64,000 nt of DNA from Tissierellia bacterium. GTDB lineage: Bacteria; Bacillota; Clostridia; Tissierellales; Peptoniphilaceae. Each line of letters opens with the position of its first letter. Positions within the stretch are counted from its first letter, which is position 1. This document shows, piece after piece, positions 17,920 to 28,268 of this stretch. The translations under genes and the position numbers were made by a program. The DNA is taken from NCBI GenBank assembly GCA_030537815.1, contig JAUNVF010000002.1, positions 4,349 through 68,348 of the forward strand. Direction: 5' to 3'. The notes under the pieces were generated by a model. The model made no database searches, was not told the DNA's origin, and was given only the letters and a program-made list of their open reading frames with translations.

Positions 17920-19908
17920 ATGAGTAGAATAGATGAATTAAAAAAGAGAATCAATGAACTGAATTATCATTATTATACACTTGACGAGCCTTTGGTTTCG
18001 GATGCTGAATACGATGCTCTCTATGATGAGCTGGTGAAACTTGAAGAAGAGCGGGGATATAAAGACCCCGACTCCCCGACGACGAGAGTTGGAGCTGAGA
18101 TTTTATCGAAATTTGAAAAGCATGATCATATCGCTCCACTTATGAGCTTAGATAAGGCGCAGAGCATTCAGGAGATAGAAAATTGGATAATTAGGACAAA
18201 TAAATTGATAGATGAATATAATTCTAATTCAGATGATAAGCTTCCCGAACCTGAATATGTCCTTGAATACAAATTTGATGGGCTGACGATAAATTTGACT
18301 TATGATGACGGGAATCTGGTGAATGCGGCTACGAGAGGCAATGGGATTACCGGAGAGGAAATACTGCTACAAGTTAAGACCATCAACTCGATTCCCCTTT
18401 CGATTGAGTTTAAAGGATTGATGGAGGTACAGGGGGAAGGCGTGATGCCGCTATCAAAACTAGAGGAGTACAATAAGACGGCCGATATAGCGTTGAAAAA
18501 TGCTAGAAATGCTGCTGCAGGGGCTTTGAGAAATCTCGACCCCGCCGTTACTGCAAGCAGAAATCTCGATGCTTATTTTTACAGCATCGGTTATATAGAT
18601 GAAAGTCAATTTGGAACTCAAGAGGAAATGCTCGAATTCTTGTCAGAAAATAGATTTAAAGTATCTTCTTTTAGACCTTTGATGAATAATATTGAAGAAA
18701 TCAAAAATGAGATCGAAACAGTTGGAGAGACGAGGAAGAATCTTGATGTACTCACAGATGGCATAGTCATAAAGATCAATGATTTGAGGACTAGAGAGAT
18801 ATTGGGTCATACGAATAGAGCGCCGAGATGGGCGATCGCTTATAAATTCGAAGCTGAAGAGTTTACTACCATACTTGAAGAAGTAATTTGGAATGTCGGG
18901 AGGACTGGAAAGGTCACTCCATCGGCAATACTGGATCCAGTTGAGATAGGCGGTGCGACAATAAGGAGGGCTACTCTAAATAATTATGACGATATTGAGA
19001 GAAAACAGCTTAGGCTGGGCGCCAGGGTTTTAATAAGGAGATCTAATGATGTAATTCCTGAAATACTCGGAATCGTCCCAGATCCTGATGTCGAGACGAC
19101 AGAGATAGAAAAACCTGATCACTGCCCATATTGTCATAGTGAATTAGTGCAAAATGGAGTTCATATATTTTGTCCCAATTCCATATCATGTAGGCCGCAG
19201 ATGATTTCGAGATTGACTCATTTTGCATCCAGGGATGCAATGGATATCGAGGGATTGAGCGAGAAGACAGTATCAAAACTTCTCGCAGAGCTCGGCGTAA
19301 AATCATTGACAGATATTTACGAAGTTAAAAAAGAAGATTTATTAAAACTCGAGGGATTTAAGGATAAAAGAGCAGATAATTTACTTAATGCAATCGAAAA
19401 CAGTAAAGATGTTAAACTCTCATCATTTATTTATGCTCTCGGGATTCCCAATGTCGGGATAAAAACAGCAATGGATCTTGTCGATAGATTTGAAACTCTA
19501 GAGAATATTAAAAATGCAAGCGAAGAAGAGCTGACAGAGGTTCCGGATATAGGGGATATAGTAGCTGCCAGTATTCATGAATTTTTTCACGATGAAGAGA
19601 TAATCTCCGGCCTTGATGATCTGATAAATCATGGAATAAAATTTGAGGAAGTCGACAAGAAAGAAGATTCGGCGATAAAAGATAAGAGATTTGTAATTAC
19701 TGGAAGTTTTGAAAATTACAAGAGAAAGGATTTAGAGGAGATACTCATATCTAAAGGTGCAAAGGTCAGTTCATCTGTGTCAAAAAATACCGATTATCTA
19801 TTGGTAGGAAAGGATCCCGGAAGTAAATTGACTAAGGGAGAAAGCTTGGGAGTGAGCATAATACGAGAGAGTGAACTTGATGATTTTATCGAGAATATGG
19901 TAAACTAA
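17920..19908 (+). CDS. ligA: NAD-dependent DNA ligase
   Basis: EYKFDG (KxDG), ATRGNG, PRWAIAYKF, zinc finger CPYC...CPN..SC, BRCT domain. Confidence 0.98.
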   Translation: MSRIDELKKRINELNYHYYTLDEPLVSDAEYDALYDELVKLEEERGYKDPDSPTTRVGAEILSKFEKHDHIAPLMSLDKAQSIQEIENWIIRTNKLIDEYNSNSDDKLPEPEYVLEYKFDGLTINLTYDDGNLVNAATRGNGITGEEILLQVKTINSIPLSIEFKGLMEVQGEGVMPLSKLEEYNKTADIALKNARNAAAGALRNLDPAVTASRNLDAYFYSIGYIDESQFGTQEEMLEFLSENRFKVSSFRPLMNNIEEIKNEIETVGETRKNLDVLTDGIVIKINDLRTREILGHTNRAPRWAIAYKFEAEEFTTILEEVIWNVGRTGKVTPSAILDPVEIGGATIRRATLNNYDDIERKQLRLGARVLIRRSNDVIPEILGIVPDPDVETTEIEKPDHCPYCHSELVQNGVHIFCPNSISCRPQMISRLTHFASRDAMDIEGLSEKTVSKLLAELGVKSLTDIYEVKKEDLLKLEGFKDKRADNLLNAIENSKDVKLSSFIYALGIPNVGIKTAMDLVDRFETLENIKNASEEELTEVPDIGDIVAASIHEFFHDEEIISGLDDLINHGIKFEEVDKKEDSAIKDKRFVITGSFENYKRKDLEEILISKGAKVSSSVSKNTDYLLVGKDPGSKLTKGESLGVSIIRESELDDFIENMVN

Positions 19909-19960
19909 GAAGATAGAGTTTGAGTCTACAGATGCTATTCGACTGATAAGGAGAGATTAT

Positions 19961-20245
19961 ATGATTACAAAAGAACAGCTTAAAAGTATTTACAAGGATG
20001 CTCATATAAGTTTGGATGAAAAAGAGCTTGACGAATTGACGGAAAAGTTTTCATCTTTGATAGAATTTAATGAGATATTATTGAAAGCCGACACGGATGG
20101 AGTGGAGCCGACAGAGATCAATACTGATAATGCCATGTATCTTAGGGAAGATAAAGCGAGAGATGGATTGGATAGAGAAGAAGCTCTTTCCTTTGCAAAT
20201 GATAGAGAGTATGGATATTTCAGATTGCAAAGGGTGATAGATTAG
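19961..20245 (+). CDS. gatC: Asp/Glu-tRNA amidotransferase subunit C
   Basis: DTDGVEPT, LREDKA and GYF..RV motifs; directly before gatA. Confidence 0.9.
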   Translation: MITKEQLKSIYKDAHISLDEKELDELTEKFSSLIEFNEILLKADTDGVEPTEINTDNAMYLREDKARDGLDREEALSFANDREYGYFRLQRVID

Positions 20246-20248
20246 GAG

Positions 20249-21664
20249 ATGAATATGGATAGTATTAATAGAATTAGAGAAATTTATATATCGGGAGAAA
20301 AGAAGGTAGAAGAATATATCGAATCCCTAGTCCAAAAGATCGGAGAAGATGAATATAATGCATTTATTACGATTGATAGGGAAAAACTAATCGAAAGAGC
20401 CAGAGAACTCGATCAGAAATTAAGTGAAGGCAAAGAACTCGGAAGATTATTTGGAATTCCGGTAGCATTAAAAGATAATATCATGACAAAAGGAATGAGA
20501 ACAACATGTGCATCTAAAATGCTTGAAAATTATTTGCCCAGCTATGATGCGCATATAGTAGAAAAATTGCTCGAAGAGGATGCGGTCATAATAGGTAAGA
20601 CGAATTTAGATGAATTTGCAATGGGTGGAACATCGGAGACCTCTTATTTTGGAGCGACAAAAAACCCGATCGACAATTCATTGGCGCCGGGCGGTTCTTC
20701 ATCCGGTTCTGCCTGTTCACAAAAGTTGGGCTATAGTATAATCTCGATTGGAACCGACACAGGAGGCTCTGTAAGACAGCCGGCTGCATATTGTTCGACA
20801 ATAGGATATTTGCCGAGCTATGGAAATATCTCCAGATATGGAGTTGTATCGATGGCAAATTCTCTCGATCAAGTCGGGATATTTGCAAATAATATCGAGG
20901 ATATTGTCGAGTCTGTAAATATAATTGGCGGTCATGATTTGATGGACCCGACTTCTACAAAAGTTGAAGATCTGAAATTTGAATTGAAGGAGAAATCCCT
21001 TAAAGGCTTAAAGATAGGATATATAAAAGATAGGAGCGACTATAATTTTTCCTCTGAAGTCGATGAGGATTATAGTAGAGCTGTAGAAATCTTTAAGGAG
21101 ATGGGAGCAGAACTCATCGAGATAAATTTTAAAAATCAGAAATATCTTTCGCCGACATATAGCGTTATCAGCACTGCTGAGGCGAGTAGCAATCTATCGA
21201 GATTTGACGGTATCAGATACGGATATAGGACTGAAGAATACGATGGACTGGAAGATTTATACAATAAGACGAGAAGCGAGGGATTCGGCGAAGAAGTTCA
21301 AAGGCGAATAGCTATAGGAATGTATTATCTGGGTTCTGATTTTGCGAGATCAGTATATGAAAAAGCTTTAAAGGTCAGAACATTGATCAAGAGAGAAGTG
21401 GAAGAATTATTTAGGGATTTGGATATCATTCTTACTCCGTCTGCAACATGTCTCCCACCTAAACTCGGTGATGAAAAGGCCGGTACGGTCGAGGCATTTA
21501 ATAGCGGTGATTTTCATGTAATCGCAAATTTGACAGGAAGATGTGCGATATCAATACCTATGAGAGAAGGCCTCGGAGGTTCAGTACAATTGATGGCGGA
21601 TAGATACAAAGATGAAGAGCTACTGAATATAGCTGATTCATTTTACAGGGAGGTATATAGATGA
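20249..21664 (+). CDS. gatA: Asp/Glu-tRNA amidotransferase subunit A
   Basis: PVALKDN, GKTNLDEFAMG, PGGSSSGS, GTDTGGSVRQPA, SNLSRFDGIRYG. Confidence 0.97.
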   Translation: MNMDSINRIREIYISGEKKVEEYIESLVQKIGEDEYNAFITIDREKLIERARELDQKLSEGKELGRLFGIPVALKDNIMTKGMRTTCASKMLENYLPSYDAHIVEKLLEEDAVIIGKTNLDEFAMGGTSETSYFGATKNPIDNSLAPGGSSSGSACSQKLGYSIISIGTDTGGSVRQPAAYCSTIGYLPSYGNISRYGVVSMANSLDQVGIFANNIEDIVESVNIIGGHDLMDPTSTKVEDLKFELKEKSLKGLKIGYIKDRSDYNFSSEVDEDYSRAVEIFKEMGAELIEINFKNQKYLSPTYSVISTAEASSNLSRFDGIRYGYRTEEYDGLEDLYNKTRSEGFGEEVQRRIAIGMYYLGSDFARSVYEKALKVRTLIKREVEELFRDLDIILTPSATCLPPKLGDEKAGTVEAFNSGDFHVIANLTGRCAISIPMREGLGGSVQLMADRYKDEELLNIADSFYREVYR

Positions 21665-23088
21665 GTGTTAAGACATTGATAGGACTCGAAATACATGTTG
21701 AGATGGCTACTGATACGAAGATGTTTTGCGGTTGTAAAAATGTATTCGGAGCAGCGCCAAATACTAATGTCTGTGAAATTTGCCTCGGACATCCCGGAAC
21801 CTTGCCATTATTAAATGAACAAGCGCTGAAATACGCTGTAAAGGCAGGACTTGCTTTTAATTGCGAGATAAATAAAAATACCAAGATGGATAGAAAAAAA
21901 TATTTTTATCCTGATCTCGTAAAGGGATTTCAAATATCTCAAGACGACAAGCCACTTTGCACAGAGGGATATATAGAGATAAATACTGGAGATTATAAAA
22001 AGAAGATAAGGATACAGAGGATTCATATAGAAGAAGATACGGGTAAATCTATTCATACCGATAGCGGACATACTCTTATGGATTACGATAGGAGCGGAGT
22101 CCCCTTGATGGAGATAGTAACTCATCCTGATATTGAGACAGGAGAAGAAGCGCAATTATTTTTAAGTACATTGAGGGAAACTTTAAAATATATCGGAGTT
22201 TCAGATGTAAAGATGGAAGAGGGATCTTTGAGATGCGATGTCAATATAAATTTGGTCGATGACGAAGCTGGAAAGAAAACGGGAATCGCAGAGATAAAGA
22301 ATATGAACTCTTTTAAAGCTGTGGCAAAAGCTATAGAATTTGAACAGAAGAGACAAGCGGAACTTCTAAGTCAAGATATAGTTGAAAAGAAACAGACGAG
22401 AAGATGGAATTATCTCAATGGCGAAACTCAATTGATGAGATTAAAGGAAGTCGGAGCAGATTACAGATATAGTGCGGAAGCTGATTTGCCGCCGGTCGTA
22501 ATCGATGATGAATATATTGCTTCGATTGGCGATACTCTGCCCGAGTTGCCACAGCAAAAGGTTAAGAGATTCGTTAATGAATACTCTATAAGCGAATATG
22601 ATGCAGATATATTGTCGAGAAGTATGACGATTTCAAAATTCTTTGAAGAGGTCAGCAAGATAGTCGGAGATCCGAAAGCTGTCAGCAATTGGATAATATC
22701 CGATGTATTGAGATTATTAAATGAAAATGAGATGGAAGCTTCAGATATGAGCTTAAGTGCTGAAAATCTTGCGACCATAATCAGATATGTAATTGATAAA
22801 AAGATAAATACAAATACAGGCAAAAAGCTTTTAAGGGAAGTTTTTAATGAAGGTGGAGATGTAGAAAAGATAATTGAGGATAGAGGGCTCATTCAAATAT
22901 CCGACTCATCTGCTCTTGAGAGCATTGTAGACGAGGTATTGAAAGCCAATGAGCAGTCCATAATCGACTACAGGGCCGGTAAAGACAGAGCTTTGGGCTA
23001 TCTTGTAGGACAATGTATGAAAGCGAGTAGAGGCAAGGGGAATCCACAGATGTTTAATCAATTGCTTCTCGAGAAATTAAAAGGATAG
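21661..23088 (+). CDS. gatB: Asp/Glu-tRNA amidotransferase subunit B
   Basis: IGLEIHV, YFYPDL, IHIEEDTGK, MEEGSLRCDVN, C-terminal YqeY-like domain. Confidence 0.98.
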   Translation: MSVKTLIGLEIHVEMATDTKMFCGCKNVFGAAPNTNVCEICLGHPGTLPLLNEQALKYAVKAGLAFNCEINKNTKMDRKKYFYPDLVKGFQISQDDKPLCTEGYIEINTGDYKKKIRIQRIHIEEDTGKSIHTDSGHTLMDYDRSGVPLMEIVTHPDIETGEEAQLFLSTLRETLKYIGVSDVKMEEGSLRCDVNINLVDDEAGKKTGIAEIKNMNSFKAVAKAIEFEQKRQAELLSQDIVEKKQTRRWNYLNGETQLMRLKEVGADYRYSAEADLPPVVIDDEYIASIGDTLPELPQQKVKRFVNEYSISEYDADILSRSMTISKFFEEVSKIVGDPKAVSNWIISDVLRLLNENEMEASDMSLSAENLATIIRYVIDKKINTNTGKKLLREVFNEGGDVEKIIEDRGLIQISDSSALESIVDEVLKANEQSIIDYRAGKDRALGYLVGQCMKASRGKGNPQMFNQLLLEKLKG

Positions 23089-23090
23089 AG

Positions 23091-23618
23091 ATGAATTTCA
23101 TTTTAAGCGTTTTAAATATTTTTATAATAAGGGCGATAGGTTCGATGGTGGTTTCTTTTAGGATAATCTATTCTCTACAGGGGAGAAAGCTCCTGTCATC
23201 TTGCTTCGGGTTTTTTGAAGCCTCGCTCTTTGCATTGATTATAGTTGAAACGATGCAAAAATTGGGAAATCCCATAGTGCTTTGCGCCTATGGCCTTGGC
23301 TTTGGTGCCGGATCGATGTTCGCAGTAATATTGGAACAGAAGATTGGTTTGGGAAATCTATCTGCGACTGTAATATTACAGGGGATGGATAATGACGATC
23401 TCATCGATGATATAAGGGATTGTGGATTGGGCGTTACTGTTCTTTGCGGCGAAGGTAGAAATGGACCTAGAGATGTGCTCATAGTTTCCCTGCACAGAAA
23501 AGATGCGATTAAATTTAGGCAGATGATACTCAATAGGAGAAAAGATGCATTTGTATCTATATATCCTGTCAATGCATCAAATGGATATATTAAAAGACTT
23601 AGATCTAAGGGAAATTAA
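23091..23618 (+). CDS. UPF0316/YebE-like membrane protein (DUF5698+DUF2179), divergent paralog
   Basis: GFFEA, YGLGFGAG and GLGVTV..GEGRNGPR; paralogous to the next gene. Confidence 0.8.
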   Translation: MNFILSVLNIFIIRAIGSMVVSFRIIYSLQGRKLLSSCFGFFEASLFALIIVETMQKLGNPIVLCAYGLGFGAGSMFAVILEQKIGLGNLSATVILQGMDNDDLIDDIRDCGLGVTVLCGEGRNGPRDVLIVSLHRKDAIKFRQMILNRRKDAFVSIYPVNASNGYIKRLRSKGN

Positions 23619-23632
23619 TTAGAGGAGTATTG

Positions 23633-24184
23633 ATGGAAAATTATATAATATATTTCTTGATATTTTTCGCCAGAATATGCGATGTCAGTCTGACGACAGT
23701 GAGGACCATCTTCATGGTTCAGGGTAGAAAATTCATCGTCATGCTGATTGGTTTTTTTGAGGCCATAGTCTATGTAGTCGTATTGGGCAAGATCGTATCA
23801 GATCTCGACGATCCGATGAAGATTATTTTTTATGGACTTGGATTTGCGGCTGGAAATTATGTCGGACTAATAATAGAAGAAAAACTAGCATTGGGCGAAT
23901 TGGCTGTAAATGTCGTTTTAAGAGATTCAGATAATGACGACTTGATAGCCGAGATAAGGGATAATGGATTCGGAGTAACTTTGATTGAGGGTCAGGGTAG
24001 AACGATGATGAGGGATTTTTTAGTCATAGTTATTAAGAGAAAGGATCTTAGAAGACTAAAGTCGATAATAGATTCTTATGATAAAAAAGCTTTCTTAATG
24101 ACATCGACTGTCGACCCGATTAATGGTGGATATTTTAGAGGGGTAAAAAAGCTTGAAAAAACTAATAATATCAACGGGAAATAA
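23633..24184 (+). CDS. UPF0316/YebE-like membrane protein (DUF5698+DUF2179)
   Basis: ARICDVSLTTVRTI, GFFEA, YGLGFAAGNYVG..IEEKLALG, GFGVT. Confidence 0.88.
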   Translation: MENYIIYFLIFFARICDVSLTTVRTIFMVQGRKFIVMLIGFFEAIVYVVVLGKIVSDLDDPMKIIFYGLGFAAGNYVGLIIEEKLALGELAVNVVLRDSDNDDLIAEIRDNGFGVTLIEGQGRTMMRDFLVIVIKRKDLRRLKSIIDSYDKKAFLMTSTVDPINGGYFRGVKKLEKTNNINGK

Positions 24185-24776
24185 AGATAAAGTAAATGAA
24201 ATAAAATATATACTCAAAGATTTAAATATTGAAGTATTGTCGAAAAATGAGATAGGATTATCTGATTTGGATGTCGAGGAAGATGCCGATACTCTCGAGG
24301 GAAATGCCGAGAAAAAAGCGGATGCAATATACGAGAAATATAAGGCGGCGATAGTTGCAGATGACACTGGACTATATGTCGATTCTTTAGGCGGAATGCC
24401 CGGAGTTCACACTGCTCGTTATGCCGGCGACGATGCAGACTACGAGGACAATCGAAAAAAACTCTTGAGCGAAATGTCATCATTCAATGGTGAAAAAAGA
24501 AAAGCCAGATTTATAACGGCTATAGTATTGGTAGAAAGCTCCGGTAAAAAGCATATTGCAAAGGGAATTTGCGAGGGATATATATCGGAAGAGGAGAGGG
24601 GAAATCTGGGCTTTGGATATGATCCCATATTTATCCCAGAAGGGTATGATGAGACTTTTGCAGAATTAAGTCCCGATATTAAAAATAGGATCAGTCATAG
24701 GGCATTGGCTCTAAAGGAACTAAGATTTATCCTCGAGAAGATTGTCGGTGAAAAAGATGAAGATTGCTGTAATTAG
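24153..24776 (+). CDS. rdgB: RdgB/HAM1 non-canonical purine NTP pyrophosphatase
   Basis: STGNKDKVNE, ADDTGL, GFGYDPIF, KNRISHR. Confidence 0.95.
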   Translation: MKKLIISTGNKDKVNEIKYILKDLNIEVLSKNEIGLSDLDVEEDADTLEGNAEKKADAIYEKYKAAIVADDTGLYVDSLGGMPGVHTARYAGDDADYEDNRKKLLSEMSSFNGEKRKARFITAIVLVESSGKKHIAKGICEGYISEEERGNLGFGYDPIFIPEGYDETFAELSPDIKNRISHRALALKELRFILEKIVGEKDEDCCN

Positions 24777-25236
24777 CGATACCCATGGAGTTTATACGAG
24801 AGTTATCAGATATTTAAACGAATCGACCGATATAGATTATTTAATCCATTTGGGAGATCATGCTGATGATGCCGATTATATAATGGCTTTGACGAATATT
24901 GATGGTTTTGCTGTTCTAGGAAATAATGATTACTCTTCTGAGGGGATAGTGCCTGAAGAGAGAATCATAGAGATAGAGGGCAAGAGGATACTCGCCGTTC
25001 ATGGTCATAGACAAGCGGTCGGTTTCGGCTTATCATGGATTAAAGATTTAGCTGAAGAAAGGGATGTCGATATAGTTTTATTTGGACATACTCATCAATA
25101 CTTAGATGAAATATTTGAAGGAATAAGATTTATAAATCCCGGAAGCGCTTCATTACCTCGTGGAGAAGATAATAGGAAATGCATGATAGTCATGACGATT
25201 GACGATGATGTCGATATTGAAAGGATATTTTTATAA
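24757..25236 (+). CDS. YfcE/YsnB-family metallophosphoesterase
   Basis: ISDTHG, HLGD, GNND, HGH, GHTH, NPGS. Confidence 0.92.
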   Translation: MKIAVISDTHGVYTRVIRYLNESTDIDYLIHLGDHADDADYIMALTNIDGFAVLGNNDYSSEGIVPEERIIEIEGKRILAVHGHRQAVGFGLSWIKDLAEERDVDIVLFGHTHQYLDEIFEGIRFINPGSASLPRGEDNRKCMIVMTIDDDVDIERIFL

Positions 25237-25240
25237 AATT

Positions 25241-25280
25241 AAATGACCCGTCTTGAGATAAACTCAAGCAGGGTCATTTT
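25241..25280. terminator. Bidirectional terminator
   Basis: AAATGACCC..CTTGAG-ATAAA-CTCAAG..GGGTCATTT between convergent genes. Confidence 0.75.
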
Positions 25281-26174
25281 TTAAAATAATTTAAATAGGA
25301 CCAATAAGCCTATTATAAAGAGATGTACCGGATAAAAATAATAACAAATCATTCTGAATGATTTTCCGGCATTTCCTTTCTTTCCATTGTACAGATATAG
25401 TATTAGGACCGAGATCAAAGAAATCAAAAGAAAATAAGGTTTGGGATCATAGTACATGATAAAAAGCCATATCGCAATTGTTCCAAGCATGAGATTTTTG
25501 TGGTCTTTTAGCAGATATAATACAATTATTAGCAATAAACCTCGGAAGGAATAATCGGAATAATAGCAAAATAAAAATGCTGTCACAAAAATATTTATAG
25601 CTCTTATAATATCATTGAATCCAGTTATACTTTCACCATTTCTTAAAAATTTGAAATAATCTAAATCGTCAATTATATATATTGCTGCGCCCAGAGTATA
25701 AAAGACATTCAGATAATTATGATATGTAAAATAAAAATTGTTTTGACTTCTTATATCGATAAATGTAAAAATAGTGGCTGCTATCAAGCCTATAGTCGTC
25801 TTTTTATTTACTGAATTAAAGAGCAGGAATACAATCGATAAGATTAAGAATTTATGGTCTATTTCTATATTAATTTTAAAGAAGTCGGATTTTGCCAGAT
25901 AAGTATAGTAATTTCCCGCATAAAAAGCCAGATTATAAGGTATCTGCGATATAGCCATAAAATTTATAATCCTATTTCTATAATTTTCTCTTGAAGAGCT
26001 GTGTTGCCAACCATTTACTATATTGAATGCAAATAGAGGTAGGGCAATCCTGCCTATTGCACGTAGCCAAAATACTTTTTGTACGCTCAATTTCATTGAT
26101 AAATCCCAAAACAAGCCTAGATGATCTATTAACATCGCAATCATGGCGATCAATTTAACTGTGAAAAAACTCAA
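25281..26174 (-). CDS. TraX-family membrane protein
   Basis: KLIAMIAMLIDH, IGRIALPLFAF...G..H, NVFYTL, SDYS..G, YNGKKG, YYFYPVHL. Confidence 0.88.
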   Translation of the reverse strand: MSFFTVKLIAMIAMLIDHLGLFWDLSMKLSVQKVFWLRAIGRIALPLFAFNIVNGWQHSSSRENYRNRIINFMAISQIPYNLAFYAGNYYTYLAKSDFFKINIEIDHKFLILSIVFLLFNSVNKKTTIGLIAATIFTFIDIRSQNNFYFTYHNYLNVFYTLGAAIYIIDDLDYFKFLRNGESITGFNDIIRAINIFVTAFLFCYYSDYSFRGLLLIIVLYLLKDHKNLMLGTIAIWLFIMYYDPKPYFLLISLISVLILYLYNGKKGNAGKSFRMICYYFYPVHLFIIGLLVLFKLF

Positions 26175-26291
26175 TATAATCCCTCCAATAAATATTATTA
26201 AAAATTATAAAATTCAATTCAATCTGATTATATATAGTATAATTATTTTAAATAGATAAATCAAAAAAATACAAAGATTTGAGGAGGGAAT

Positions 26292-26492
26292 ATGTTCGGA
26301 AATAAGGACAAAAAGAGATTTAAAGAAATCTATAAAGAATCTATTGGAATGTATAAAATAGTGGTCGACATGGAAACTGGGGTAAACTATATATTATGTA
26401 CCAAGGGAGATGGCATCAGTTTAACCCCGCTGATAGATCAAAATGGAAATATTAAGATATTTGACGAATATGAGCTTAGAGAGCTGCAATAG
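26292..26492 (+). CDS. DUF6440-family small protein
   Basis: KRF...IVVD.ETGVNY......G.SLTPLID.NG; RBS GAGGAGG. Confidence 0.8.
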   Translation: MFGNKDKKRFKEIYKESIGMYKIVVDMETGVNYILCTKGDGISLTPLIDQNGNIKIFDEYELRELQ

Positions 26493-26540
26493 TGATTTAG
26501 ATTTAAATAATGGGTATTTAATTAGCGAGGAGGTTTTTAA

Positions 26541-27305
26541 ATGAGATTAAAAGATAAAGTAGTCGTTTTAACCGGAGCCAGCTCCGGAATCGGTAAGGAA
26601 GTGACTTTATTATTTGCAAAAGAAGGTGCAAATATAGTAGCCGCAGCAAGAAGACTTGAAAAATTAAATGACCTCGTAGAAATAGATAAGAGAAAGGAAT
26701 ACGCAGGTGAAATATATCCCGTCGAAACCGATGTAACAAAAGATGAGGATATAGAACAATTGATCGATATGACTATTGAAAAATACGGTAGAATCGATGT
26801 ACTGATCAATAATGCAGGCGTATTGGACAATTATCAATCTGTCGAGCATGTAGATGACGATACTTGGTATAATATATTTGATGTCAATGTCCACGGCTTA
26901 ATGAAGCTTACGAGGAAGGCAATCCCCTTTATGAGAAAGAACAAATCGGGTGTAATAATAAATACGGCTTCTGTCGGCGGACTTCATGGAATGAGAGGTG
27001 GATTGGGATATGTTGCAACAAAACATGCTGTCGTAGGCATGAGCAAGAATATTGCATATATGTATGCAAATGAAGGCATAAGATGCAATGTCGTCGCACC
27101 GGGAAATATAGCGACAGATATATCTAAAAAGATAAAAGAACCGGATATGGAAACATTGGATAAATTGATGGCGGGATATAAATTATTCCCTGTGGCAGGA
27201 GATCCAAAAGATTTGGCTAAAACATATCTATACCTAGCATCCGATGATTCAACTTTCGTGAATGGAGCGGTCATAGTTGTAGATGGAGGTTGGACGGCGT
27301 ATTAG
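26541..27305 (+). CDS. Classical SDR family oxidoreductase
   Basis: TGASSGIG, NNAG, YVATKH (YxxxK), VAPG, DGGW. Confidence 0.92.
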   Translation: MRLKDKVVVLTGASSGIGKEVTLLFAKEGANIVAAARRLEKLNDLVEIDKRKEYAGEIYPVETDVTKDEDIEQLIDMTIEKYGRIDVLINNAGVLDNYQSVEHVDDDTWYNIFDVNVHGLMKLTRKAIPFMRKNKSGVIINTASVGGLHGMRGGLGYVATKHAVVGMSKNIAYMYANEGIRCNVVAPGNIATDISKKIKEPDMETLDKLMAGYKLFPVAGDPKDLAKTYLYLASDDSTFVNGAVIVVDGGWTAY

Positions 27306-27312
27306 ATTTGAT

Positions 27313-27351
27313 TAAGCTTTTGATTGAAAATTTCCAATCAGGAGCTTTTTT
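27313..27351 (+). terminator. Rho-independent terminator
   Basis: AAGCTTTTGATTG...CAATCAGGAGCTTTTTT. Confidence 0.65.
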
Positions 27352-27363
27352 ATTTAAATTAAG

Positions 27364-27414
27364 TGGAGTAAAACTCCAAAAATATATTGACTTTTGGAGC
27401 GAGCATGATATAAT
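27364..27414 (+). promoter_or_regulatory. Sigma-A promoter with upstream palindromic operator candidate
   Basis: TGGAGT-AAA-ACTCCA (27364-27378), -35 TTGACT (27387), TG-n-TATAAT (27409-27414). Confidence 0.6.
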
Positions 27415-27432
27415 TATTTTCAAGGAGGAAAT

Positions 27433-28257
27433 ATGAAATATATAAATATAATTCAGTCCTTTTACCCGTCATTATCTAAGTCGGAAAAAAAAGTAGCTGA
27501 TCTCGTCCTAGGTAAAAAAGATGAAATGATTTATATGACTTTGCAAGAAGTTTCTAGAGAGGCGATGGTAGGGGAAGCGACCATTTTACGCTTTTGTAGA
27601 AAAATAGGCTATGATGGATTTCAAAGTTTAAAGCTGTCCATTGCAGAGGAAAAAGATTTCATCAGAGAAAAGGAGCCGAATTGCTTTATTGGAAAAGTTA
27701 CTCAGAATCTCCATAACACGATCGATAATACGAGGGATACGATTAATTTGGACGATATTGAAAAAACATCAAATCTAATCAATTTGGCCAGTAGAGTTTT
27801 TATCTACGGAATTGGTTCAAGTGGCAATGTTGCCTTAGATATGCAGTCGAGACTTTTGAGATTTGGCAAGACAGTATATCCCGTCACAGACTCTCATTAT
27901 CAATTGATGAATAGTTCGATAATGAATGAAGAGGATCTTGTAATAGCATTTTCTTTAACGGGATATACTGAAGAAATAATCGACTCTATAAGTCTTGCGA
28001 AAAAAAATAAAGCCAAAATCATAGCTATAACAAATCATATTCTATCGCCTTTGGCAAATCTTGCAGACATAGTTTTGATTACAGCCGGTAAGGAATCTCC
28101 AATCGACGGTGGAAGTATATCGGCTATGATATCTCAATTGTATATTGCCGATTTGATATGCACATCTTATGCCACAGATAATAGGGAGAGAGCTAAAGAA
28201 ATGAGAATTAAAACCTCTCAATCGATTATAGGTAAGACCAAGGAGAAAAATAGATAA
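27433..28257 (+). CDS. MurR/RpiR-family transcriptional regulator
   Basis: LSKSEKKVAD, ATILRFCRKIGYDGF HTH; SIS domain YGIGSSG, FSLTGYT. Confidence 0.93.
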   Translation: MKYINIIQSFYPSLSKSEKKVADLVLGKKDEMIYMTLQEVSREAMVGEATILRFCRKIGYDGFQSLKLSIAEEKDFIREKEPNCFIGKVTQNLHNTIDNTRDTINLDDIEKTSNLINLASRVFIYGIGSSGNVALDMQSRLLRFGKTVYPVTDSHYQLMNSSIMNEEDLVIAFSLTGYTEEIIDSISLAKKNKAKIIAITNHILSPLANLADIVLITAGKESPIDGGSISAMISQLYIADLICTSYATDNRERAKEMRIKTSQSIIGKTKEKNR

Positions 28258-28268
28258 GGAGGAATAGA

